From: Dethiobacteria bacterium
GTDB lineage: Bacteria > Bacillota > Dethiobacteria > DTU022 > UBA8154
Length of the DNA: 56,769 nt
Direction of reading: 5' to 3'
Assembly: GCA_050942625.1 (NCBI GenBank)
Contig: JBMNNS010000002.1
Location: 1 to 56,769 of the forward strand
Under the pieces are notes generated by a model. The model did no database searches. It saw only the letters and a program-made list of their open reading frames with translations, and was not told the origin of the DNA. The position numbers and the translations under genes are program-made. Every line of letters starts with the position of its first letter. The first letter of the stretch is position 1. Of the stretch, positions 1 to 7,961 are shown one piece after another.

Positions 1-180
1 AACTAAAACGAGCATTGAAGAAAACGGCATAATGAGGATTTGTTTCAGTTTAGGTTGTACTTTTTATTGACGTAGTACCATTTCTATAATAGATCTATAA
101 TAGTTTCTGAATTTGTCGTTAGTTTTACAGGTGGCATGGGACTACAAGGGTATTTTTATTATTATTATTGCTAAATTATA

Positions 181-224
181 TCGAAAAAATAGAGAACCTT
201 TTCTATTACCCCGGCCATAGGGGT
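181..224 (-). terminator. Possible weak intrinsic terminator downstream of ymdB
   Basis: The minus strand reads ACCCC-TATGGCC-GGGGT, then AATAGA-AAAGGTTC-TCTATT, followed by TTTTCG, about 80 nt after the ymdB stop. The stems are short and AU-rich. Confidence 0.25.
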
Positions 225-302
225 TATAGTAGTCAATACCTAGTTCTTTTTTAACTATTTTTCTATAGTGGTTTTTTCTTCTTTAACCGAATATTAAATA
301 TA

Positions 303-1097
303 TTAATAGGTTAATAAATTGTCACATCTTTGAGCTATTCTTTCAATCCTGAGTGCCTTTCCGCTCTGGGAATCAATTTGAAGATAGATCCCGTTTAATA
401 GGCCTTCCCCATCAGCCAAACGCCATTTTGTAGGTAAGCCTGTTAAAAATCTATCTAAAACCAAATCCGGGTCCAAACCCAAAACTGAATTATAGGGCCC
501 TACCATACCTGCATCGCTAATGTAGGCGGTCCCTTCATCATAAATTTTTTCATCAGCAGTTTGTACATGGGTGTGTGTTCCCAAAACAGCACTGACTTTG
601 CCCTTTAAGAACCAACCCATGGCAATTTTCTCTGAGGTGGCCTCAGCGTGAAAATCCACTATAATATTTGGTGTAACCTTTTGTAAAAGGGCAACTTCCT
701 TAGCAGCAACCAGGAAAGGGCACTCTGCCGGAGACATAAAAATCCGTCCAATTAGGTTCAGGATACCCACAAAATGATCGCCACACTGAATCACAGTGGA
801 TCCCTTCCCGGGTGCAGATGCAGACATATTGGCAGGCCTTAACAGTCGTTTTTCCTCATTGATAAATTTTAATATTTCCCTTCTTTCCCACACATGATTA
901 CCGGTGGTAACAACATCGATTCCGTCCTTAAATAACTCTTTTAGGATGGGCAAAGTGATACCCTTGCCACCTGCGGCATTTTCACCATTGGCAATGACTA
1001 AATCTATTTCATAAAATTCTATCAATTGGGGCAATAAATTTTTAACTATCTTCCTTCCCGGGCGACCTACAATATCCCCCAAAAATAAAATATTCAT
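303..1097 (-). CDS. ymdB: YmdB-family metallophosphoesterase (2',3'-cyclic-nucleotide 2'-phosphodiesterase)
   Basis: 264 aa. Motifs GDIVGRPGR, ANGENAAGG, TTGNHVW, DFHAEATSEK and GTHTHVQTAD are colinear with B. subtilis YmdB. SD GGGGTG lies before the ATG. Confidence 0.85.
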   Translation of the reverse strand: MNILFLGDIVGRPGRKIVKNLLPQLIEFYEIDLVIANGENAAGGKGITLPILKELFKDGIDVVTTGNHVWERREILKFINEEKRLLRPANMSASAPGKGSTVIQCGDHFVGILNLIGRIFMSPAECPFLVAAKEVALLQKVTPNIIVDFHAEATSEKIAMGWFLKGKVSAVLGTHTHVQTADEKIYDEGTAYISDAGMVGPYNSVLGLDPDLVLDRFLTGLPTKWRLADGEGLLNGIYLQIDSQSGKALRIERIAQRCDNLLTY

Positions 1098-1189
1098 TTT
1101 TTCACCCCGATTAGCTTTTATTTGGCAAAATCCTATGTTTCTTTATTTTGAAGTAAACAACCACGTTCTTTTTCCCCATTTTAAACAAC

Positions 1190-1207
1190 CTCCCAGATCT
1201 CCCAGAT
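1190..1207. repeat. Tandem 9-mer CTCCCAGAT x2 in the ymdB upstream region
   Basis: Perfect direct repeat read in the sequence. On the minus strand it gives two SD-like GGGAG motifs. Confidence 0.9.
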
Positions 1208-1435
1208 TAATTGTTATATTTTGTTAAACAAAAAATACTCACTACGAATAAAAACAAGGACTTCCAAGAAATCATACCTGAAACCATACCTACGAGATCT
1301 CGAAAATCCTTGTTTTATAGGCTCCAAGCCTGAGATTTATAAGGTATTTAAAAAGCACAATCAAAGTTTTTGACCATCATAGCACCTTAATGTCAACCTA
1401 TTATCAGCAAGTACTCAGGCGAAGCAATTACCTTT

Positions 1436-2008
1436 TTACCAGTTTTCCGCAATTAACTCAAAGTAGGACTGGGGATGGGCACAGGCAGGACATTCCTGGG
1501 GAGCCTCTTTTCCTTCGTGCCGGTAACCGCAGTTACGACAGCCCCAGGTTACTTCAACATCCTTTTTAAAGACTCTGCCAGTTTCAACATTAGAAAGAAG
1601 GGCAGCAAAACGTTTTTCGTGCTGTTTTTCTGCTACGGCAATCGCTTCAAAAACGGTGGCAATATCATTAAAACCCTCTTCCCTTGCCACCTGGGCAAAA
1701 GCAGGGTACATATCAGCCCATTCCTCATGCTCCCCATCCACAGAGGCTTTTAGATTTTCCAGGGTTGTTCCAATGATTCCAGCTGGGAAAGAAGCCTGGA
1801 TTTCAACTTCCCCTCCTTTTAAAAACTTAAATAGCCGCTTGGCGTGTTCTTTTTCCTGGTTTGCCGTTTCCTCGAAAATAGCTGAAATCTGCATATAACC
1901 CTCATTCCTCGCCTTGCTGGAAAAGTAGTTATAGCGGTTTCTTGCCTGCGACTCACCAGCGAAAGCAGTTAAAATATTTTTTTCTGTTTTACTTCCCTTT
2001 AGTTCCAT
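1436..2008 (-). CDS. rbr: Rubrerythrin
   Basis: Ferritin-like diiron domain (EKEHAKRLF, EKQHEKRF) plus a C-terminal rubredoxin-like CRNCGY...CPACAHP. Start chosen at MELKGSK, which has AGGGAG 7 nt upstream, rather than the longer track ORF ending at 2044. Confidence 0.9.
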   Translation of the reverse strand: MELKGSKTEKNILTAFAGESQARNRYNYFSSKARNEGYMQISAIFEETANQEKEHAKRLFKFLKGGEVEIQASFPAGIIGTTLENLKASVDGEHEEWADMYPAFAQVAREEGFNDIATVFEAIAVAEKQHEKRFAALLSNVETGRVFKKDVEVTWGCRNCGYRHEGKEAPQECPACAHPQSYFELIAENW

Positions 2009-2250
2009 ATTTACACTCCCTTTAATGATTATATTAAATCCCATTTTATTATGGTTCCACGATGTTCCTATAATATATCTTGTTTACAGATATTTTGCAA
2101 TTTTTTTGGAAAGATATACATAATTAAAAAGGGAAACCAGACTGAAATCCCGAAATTTTAAATTGACAACAAACCCTTAAAGGATGGGAAGACCCTGTAA
2201 ATTTGGATTTTAAAATGCAAAAACATCGCATTTTAAGGAAAGGAATTTTT

Positions 2251-2811
2251 ATGAAAGACGTACCTACTATCAAGGATTACCGTTTATCAGCTTACTTTCA
2301 AGAACTTTCAGCGGACTCCCTTTACCCAAGCGCTGGCTCATCCTCTGCAATAACTGCTGCCCATGCCGCAGCCCTTTTTGCCATGGCTTGTAGAGTAAAC
2401 CTGCGCAAAATTGAAACATCGTCAAATGAAAAGATTGAAAAAGAGCAGAAAACCTTCTGGCAAAAAACTTTGTTTAAGGCAGACCTTCTTTTGGAACAAT
2501 CCCTTGCCCTTGCCCAGGAGGATGGTTTTGCAATCAAAAATTTTTTTGAGGGAGCCTCAAAGGGTGCCGAAAAGGCAACCACCGTTCCGCTGCAAATTGC
2601 CCATTGTGCAGGGGAAATTATCACCTTAATTAGAAGCGCCTTTCCCAGATCCTATGCCCCCGTTCGGGCAGATATTGAATGTGCCCGCTGCCTGGCAGAG
2701 GGTAGCAAAAAAGCCGCACTCACTGTAGCACGCTACAATCTTCAACTGCTTGAACAAGAGCTATTGGAGGATTATACCAAAAAAATATTGGAACTAGAAC
2801 AAGTATTTTAA
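2251..2811 (+). CDS. Cyclodeaminase/cyclohydrolase family protein (FTCD C-terminal-domain-like)
   Basis: An all-helical protein with the N-terminal segment PSAGSSSAITAAHAAALFAMACRV typical of this family. Start taken at MKDVPT, preceded by AAGGAAAGGA. Confidence 0.65.
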   Translation: MKDVPTIKDYRLSAYFQELSADSLYPSAGSSSAITAAHAAALFAMACRVNLRKIETSSNEKIEKEQKTFWQKTLFKADLLLEQSLALAQEDGFAIKNFFEGASKGAEKATTVPLQIAHCAGEIITLIRSAFPRSYAPVRADIECARCLAEGSKKAALTVARYNLQLLEQELLEDYTKKILELEQVF

Positions 2812-2921
2812 TTTTTTAACAACTAATATCATGCTTGAAATTCAGGGGTTAGCTAAAGAACTTTTTCTGATCCCCTTCCCACCTCATTGCTATATACTTT
2901 TTGGTTGAATGACAGGCGAGT

Positions 2922-5618
2922 TTACACAGTTGGTTTTGAACCGTAAATTGTTTCAAAAACAAGCCTGGATAAATTCTCAATCGAAAAGGGCTTTTTAATA
3001 GCCCCTTTAAATCCAAAGTTCAGGTAATTATTCAATACTGGATCATTAGAATAACCACTGTAAACAATGGCTTTAACATTTGGATCCCTTTTTAACAATT
3101 CCCTGATAGTATCCCTGCCACCTAAGCCGCCCGGTACAGTCAAATCCATGATCACGAGATCATAACGCCAACCCTTTTTAAAAGCATCAGTGTATTTTTC
3201 AATAGCTTCTTCCCCGTCCCTGGAAAAGATAACATCATAACCTAGAGAGGATAACATTTCACCGGTGACTTTTAAAACAGTTTCATCATCATCCATAAGC
3301 AATATTGTTCCTTCTCCATATATTATATCTTCTTGCCTGGTAGCAGTCCCACCGGTGTCTGAGCAAACCGGAAGAAAGATATAAAAAGTTGTTCCAAATC
3401 CCATTTTGGATTCTACGCTTAAATGGCCGCCATGTTTTTTAATTATTGAATAGGAAGTAGCCAGGCCCAGGCCACTCCCTTTTTGTTTTGTAGTAAAAAA
3501 GGGATCAAATATTTTAATAAGATTTTTTTCTTCTATACCAGTACCCCTGTCCTTAATAGCAATTTTAAGATAGGGCCCTTCCTTTAGCGGTATATAAAAA
3601 TCCTTTTTTTCCGGTTCTACCATAACATTTTTTGCAAAAATGTCAATTACACCGCCATCAGGCATAGCCTGAACAGCATTGATCACAATATTATTTAAAA
3701 CCTGACAAAACTGGCCTTCATCTACCTCCACCATTTTAAGATCATTTTCAATAAAAAAATTACAACGGACATTTGAGCCACTTAAAGTAAAATTTACATT
3801 ATCTATAATTAAATTTTGTATAAATATTTTTTTCTTATCTGGTTTTCTGCCTCTTGCAAGGGTAAATAATTGGTTTGAAAGAATTTTAGCCTGATGAACT
3901 GCTTTTTCTATACTTCCCAATTTTTCATTGATTTTACTGTAATCATTTTTATAGAGCCTGACTAAAGAAATATTACCCAGCAGAATTGCCAGGTAATTAT
4001 TAAAGTCATGAGCAATACCACCCGCAAGCATGCTTATTGATTCAAATTTATCAGCTTTTATAATTTCTTCCTCCATTTTTTTTAGTCCCGTAACATCAGT
4101 CATCAAGGCCAGGTCGGCAGGATGGCCCTCCCAATTAACTTTTACGGAGTTTGCCGATACCAATTTTATGCTGCCGTCCAATGTCTTGATTCTATAGGTA
4201 TAGGGGTTTTGCACCTTTTTTCCCTCAATTATATTTTTATACCGGTTTCTAACTAGAACCTGATCGTCGGGGTAAACATATCCAAAATAATCTGTAGAGA
4301 GCATCTCGTCCACAGAACAGTTGAAAAGCTGGACTGCCATGGGGTTTACATATTTTATAAGACCATCTTGAACCACAATGATAGCCTCATTGGCATTATT
4401 CACCAAAAGGCTGTAACGTTCTTCAGAAACCCGCAATTGTTTTTCGATCTGTTTCCGTTCTGTGATATCGGCCCCAAAAGCAATAGAGCCAATAGTTTTA
4501 CCGGCCTCTATGAGTCTATTGGAATGCCATAAAATGGTACGTGACTGCCCGTCTTTTCTTTGGATTTCCGTTTCATAATTTTCTATCCTCTTTCCTTTAT
4601 GGATTACATCATGAATTATTTCACTATTTTTTGCATAGCATTCGGGATCAGGGTAAAACCATTTCCATATCCTATCATGACCTATTATTTCTTCAGCCCG
4701 GTAACCGCTAATCTGTTCAGCAGCTTTATTGAAATAAGTAACGTTACCTTTTTCATCCAGCGTATTTATCCATACGGCGGTGGTGTCCAGCATTCCTTCC
4801 AATAAAACAGCCAATTTATTTCTGTCTTTTTTGAGTTTTTCTTGCATCTTTTTATATTCAGTAATATCAGTAGCTATTTCTAGCCTTACCATCCGCCCAT
4901 CTATCCATTGCAAAGCTATGTCCCGACAATCAAACCACCTGCCATTTTTTCTATTCATAAATTCCCAGCGGTAAACCCCTGTTGGCCGGCCAAAAGAATC
5001 AAGCAACTTGTCATTTGTGCAAAACTCACAAGGTCCAGTTTCGTTTCCCTGGATAACCTGCCAGCATTTTTTTCCAATAGCATTGCTTAAAGTATCCTTC
5101 CCCCATCGGTTTACAAATAATATGTCATATGTTTCCATGTCAGCAACATAAACAAAAGCATCTATCGCATCCAATACCGTAAAAAGGCTCTGAAATGTTC
5201 CCTGGTTGATTCCGAATGACGCCACTTCATGGTTCCTTTTACCTAAAATATGAAAAACTACAGCAAAATGGCCGTTTTCATTACTGTAAGCAGTTATTTC
5301 ATACTGACGCCCCAGTGGTTTGTGGAAGTACTCAAAGCAAATTTTCTTTCCTGTTCGTGCTACTTTACTAAAAATACCGATCCAATCAAAAGCTGCCTTT
5401 TTAATCCCCGGAAAAACCTCTGAAGCTTTTTTGCCGATTATATTCCCTGTTGTTATCCCTACCATTTCAGAAAAGGCGGAATTTACATAAAGAAAAAGAT
5501 GATCTTCTGGGTTCCCTTCACTGTCTGTTATTACCCGACAATAGGCGAAAGCATCAGGCAAATTTTCAATTAACAAGCGATATCTTTCTTCCATTAACAA
5601 GTGATATCTTTCTTCCAT
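2922..5618 (-). CDS. Multi-PAS hybrid sensor histidine kinase with C-terminal receiver domain
   Basis: Several PAS-like modules, H-box GGIAHDFNNYL, ATPase motifs (DRGTGI, GSGLGLA) and a REC domain (LLMDDDE...DLVIMDLTVPGG...KP). Start chosen at ATG 5618, which has GGAGG 5 nt upstream. Confidence 0.85.
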   Translation of the reverse strand: MEERYHLLMEERYRLLIENLPDAFAYCRVITDSEGNPEDHLFLYVNSAFSEMVGITTGNIIGKKASEVFPGIKKAAFDWIGIFSKVARTGKKICFEYFHKPLGRQYEITAYSNENGHFAVVFHILGKRNHEVASFGINQGTFQSLFTVLDAIDAFVYVADMETYDILFVNRWGKDTLSNAIGKKCWQVIQGNETGPCEFCTNDKLLDSFGRPTGVYRWEFMNRKNGRWFDCRDIALQWIDGRMVRLEIATDITEYKKMQEKLKKDRNKLAVLLEGMLDTTAVWINTLDEKGNVTYFNKAAEQISGYRAEEIIGHDRIWKWFYPDPECYAKNSEIIHDVIHKGKRIENYETEIQRKDGQSRTILWHSNRLIEAGKTIGSIAFGADITERKQIEKQLRVSEERYSLLVNNANEAIIVVQDGLIKYVNPMAVQLFNCSVDEMLSTDYFGYVYPDDQVLVRNRYKNIIEGKKVQNPYTYRIKTLDGSIKLVSANSVKVNWEGHPADLALMTDVTGLKKMEEEIIKADKFESISMLAGGIAHDFNNYLAILLGNISLVRLYKNDYSKINEKLGSIEKAVHQAKILSNQLFTLARGRKPDKKKIFIQNLIIDNVNFTLSGSNVRCNFFIENDLKMVEVDEGQFCQVLNNIVINAVQAMPDGGVIDIFAKNVMVEPEKKDFYIPLKEGPYLKIAIKDRGTGIEEKNLIKIFDPFFTTKQKGSGLGLATSYSIIKKHGGHLSVESKMGFGTTFYIFLPVCSDTGGTATRQEDIIYGEGTILLMDDDETVLKVTGEMLSSLGYDVIFSRDGEEAIEKYTDAFKKGWRYDLVIMDLTVPGGLGGRDTIRELLKRDPNVKAIVYSGYSNDPVLNNYLNFGFKGAIKKPFSIENLSRLVFETIYGSKPTV
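5571..5618 (-). repeat. 24-bp tandem duplication (23/24 identical) covering the first 16 codons of the kinase gene
   Basis: ATGGAAGAAAGATATCACTTGTTA / ATGGAAGAAAGATATCGCTTGTTA gives MEERYHLL-MEERYRLL. Confidence 0.95.
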
Positions 5619-5808
5619 AAATTCCTCCAGGCACAAAAACTGTCAGACTTTTTCAGAAAGTAAATATGCATCCTCCACCATACACGTTAGTTTCTTCAAT
5701 AACTGTTTCCTCAATGGCTAAATTCCCAGGTTTTTAATTTATTCTATAAGGTATTGAAATTATCCTGCAAAATTTTCCAAAAATCTGTTCCGGGGCCCGA
5801 AAGTAACT

Positions 5809-5843
5809 GCAAATAAATAGCCGGCCAAATAAACCGACCGGCT
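5809..5843 (-). terminator. Intrinsic terminator closing the HEPN-CBS/micro-ORF transcription unit
   Basis: On the minus strand: 8-bp GC-rich stem AGCCGGUC/GGCCGGCU (one G-U pair), 9-nt loop, then AUUUAUUUGC. Confidence 0.5.
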
Positions 5844-5941
5844 TTGTTTTCGTTGAATCCAGGTTGCATGATTACAAGCCCTGAATTTAATTTCATTTTT
5901 GGAACATTTATGCCTTTGTTTTTTAGTCTTCAAAGGCTTCA

Positions 5942-6088
5942 CTAACATTCCATACCTTCCAAACGTTCCCGACGAGATCCGGGCTTGGCTTGAGGGTTTT
6001 CTTTCCGGGCACTTTCCAGGGCCCCTACCTCTACGTTTTTCCTTTTAACCACCGGTCTTTGGCACCCCGGTTCAAATTCTTGTGGCAT
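5942..6088 (-). CDS. Hypothetical small hydrophilic basic protein (48 aa)
   Basis: ATG preceded by AAAAGGAGGG with 6-nt spacing. Translation is MPQEFEPGCQRPVVKRKNVEVGALESARKENPQAKPGSRRERLEGMEC. A terminator follows. It is below the 60-aa cutoff of the ORF track. No family recognised. Confidence 0.4.
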   Translation of the reverse strand: MPQEFEPGCQRPVVKRKNVEVGALESARKENPQAKPGSRRERLEGMEC

Positions 6089-6163
6089 TTTTAGCCCTCC
6101 TTTTCAAGGCTTTTCAAAAAAACAATACCGCTATCCACCAACGGTGGATGCTCAGTAAAACAC

Positions 6164-6238
6164 TCAACATCCTGCTGCCGTAGTAATTATTAACATACTG
6201 ATCAGGATTATGGTCAATACAGCTACAACTTTCGGCAG
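6164..6238 (-). other. SD-preceded 24-codon ORF that encodes only a lipoprotein-type signal peptide (CTG start); possible gene remnant or micro-protein
   Basis: GGAGG lies 8 nt upstream of a CTG. Translation is (M)PKVVAVLTIILISMLIITTAAGC followed directly by TGA. It has an n-region, an h-region and a lipobox-like AAGC. Confidence 0.25.
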
Positions 6239-6278
6239 GGTTGACCCCTCCTTTCCTGGTCAACTGCTGGTAATGTGT

Positions 6279-6977
6279 TTACTTATTTATACTAAAAATA
6301 TCCCAAAGAGTAATTATACCCAAAAGAGGAGCATTGGGATCTTTATCTTCCGTAATGAGGATAGCTTCAAGGGATCGGTTTTTTAAAAACAAATCCTCTG
6401 CCTCATAAACAGTTGCATTTTCCGGCAAAAAGGATAAGTTGTTACTATTTTCCTTATATTCCAATACCCGTCCAATGCAGGTTTCTTCAATGAGCATCAT
6501 TTCTTCTCCTACTTTAACTTGAGACGCCAACCAACGGGCAATACACCGCTCTGTTAGTAAACCCATAAGGTGGCTTTCTCCATCATAGATTGGGAATTGG
6601 GAATAATTATTTTCTTTAATAAAAATCAATGGTTTGGATATTAGTTCCGTATCCGTAAAGGTAACAACTTTTTGCCGAAATGTAGGAATGACTAATGGGG
6701 GCTTTTCCAGGGCATTTGCAATTTCCTCAACCAAATTAACAATATCCTGGTGAGGTTCAGCAATTATATAATTTGGCTTTTTTTGTTCATGGACAAGAAC
6801 ATTTCTCAGTCTGGCAACCATAAGCAAATCTTTTCTATGTTTGGCAACAATCCTGTTTAGCCCAGCAGTTTTTTTTACGAGGGAAGAAAAACCCCTACTG
6901 TGGCAGCTGCCTGCTATTTCTCTTAAACACGCATCTATGCGATTGTAAGCGGCCAAAAAACGCAGTGCCTTACTCAT
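6279..6977 (-). CDS. Swt1-like HEPN domain fused to a CBS-domain pair (predicted ligand-sensing RNase-like protein)
   Basis: 232 aa. The N-terminal ~95 aa are helical and end in ARLRNVLVHEQ, an R-x4-H HEPN motif. The C-terminal part has two CBS motifs (FPIYDGESHLMGLLTERCIARWL; AILITEDKDPNAPLLGIITLWDIF). SD GGGAAGGA. The CBS call is firm. The HEPN call rests on the motif and layout only. Confidence 0.7.
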   Translation of the reverse strand: MSKALRFLAAYNRIDACLREIAGSCHSRGFSSLVKKTAGLNRIVAKHRKDLLMVARLRNVLVHEQKKPNYIIAEPHQDIVNLVEEIANALEKPPLVIPTFRQKVVTFTDTELISKPLIFIKENNYSQFPIYDGESHLMGLLTERCIARWLASQVKVGEEMMLIEETCIGRVLEYKENSNNLSFLPENATVYEAEDLFLKNRSLEAILITEDKDPNAPLLGIITLWDIFSINK

Positions 6978-7054
6978 AATTTAATCCTTCCCTGGCTATG
7001 CTTGACTGCACCCCTTAGCGGGTTACAATAAAACGGTGTTCTGCTTTATATACT

Positions 7055-7895
7055 TTATATTTTTTCTGCCAATGTTTTGCCGAATTCTACTGCTGCTTCT
7101 TGTGCACCAGTGTCCGGATTCCATTGGCTTCTATATCCCTCACCAACAAGCTCGAAACCAATACTTTCCATCAATTCATTTATGATCTTAACGGATTCCC
7201 CACTCCAACCGTAACAACCAAAAGCTGCAGCCTTTTTCCCTTTGAACCTGAACCCCTTCATAAAATGGATAAAACCTGCAATTGAATGCAAAACATTGCT
7301 TGAAACGGTCGGCGAACCAACTAGAACTGCCTTTGATTTAAAAACCTCAGTAATCAAGTCGTTTTCATCACTTTTTGCAAGGTTATAAATCTTGATAACT
7401 ACATCTGGATCGATCGCTGTAATCCCCTCTGCAATTTTTTCAGCCAGTATTTTTGTCCCATTCCACATGGTGTCATAAATAATGGTAATTTGGTTTTCTT
7501 GGTAGTCATTTGCCCATTGAACATATTTTTCAATGATCTGCAGGGGGTTATCCCGCCAAATAACTCCATGGCTCGTCGCAATCATCTCAATCGGAAGATT
7601 CAACTTCGTGATTTCATCCAGCTTTCTTCTTAAAATGGCACTAAAGGGGGGCAAAATATTGGCATAATATTTAAGGGATTCATTAAAAAGATCACATTGA
7701 TCAACCTGATCATTAAACAGTTTTTCGGTTGCCAAATGCTGCCCAAAGGCATCATTACTAAAAAGTATGTTATCCTGGGTTAGATAAGTTGCCATGCTAT
7801 CTGGCCAATGCAACATGGGCATAGCCGTGAAAATGTTGCAGCTCCCAATCAACTTTTCCTACCCAGTAAACATTGTTTTTTACTTGCTTTTTCAA
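7055..7895 (-). pseudogene. fprA: Flavodiiron protein (FprA-type O2/NO reductase) with an internal deletion and frameshift
   Basis: AGGAGG plus TTG (7895) opens a frame reading LKKQVKNNVYWVGKVDWELQHFHGY, the canonical FDP N-terminus, which stops at 7797. A +1 frame continues from AMPMLHWPDSM...NDAFGQH...YYANIL through the flavodoxin domain (GSPT, YGWSGE). About 120 residues are missing, including the H-x-E-x-D-H diiron ligands. Confidence 0.75.
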
Positions 7896-7961
7896 CTGAA
7901 ATGCCTCCTAACCAAATTTTTGCCATTCATCTCGCAATAATAGCAGCTGTATTTTTCCGAT

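Noticed and set aside
1251-1316. Inverted repeat AAAACAAGGA ... TCCTTGTTTT downstream of rubrerythrin, with an internal CGAGATCTCG palindrome
   Set aside because: It could be the rbr terminator, but the 46-nt loop makes a classical intrinsic terminator doubtful. There is not enough evidence for an ncRNA.
5760-5948. 62-aa minus-strand ORF from the track
   Set aside because: It reads straight through the terminator hairpin at 5809-5843 and has no SD. It overlaps the better-supported 48-aa ORF's stop.
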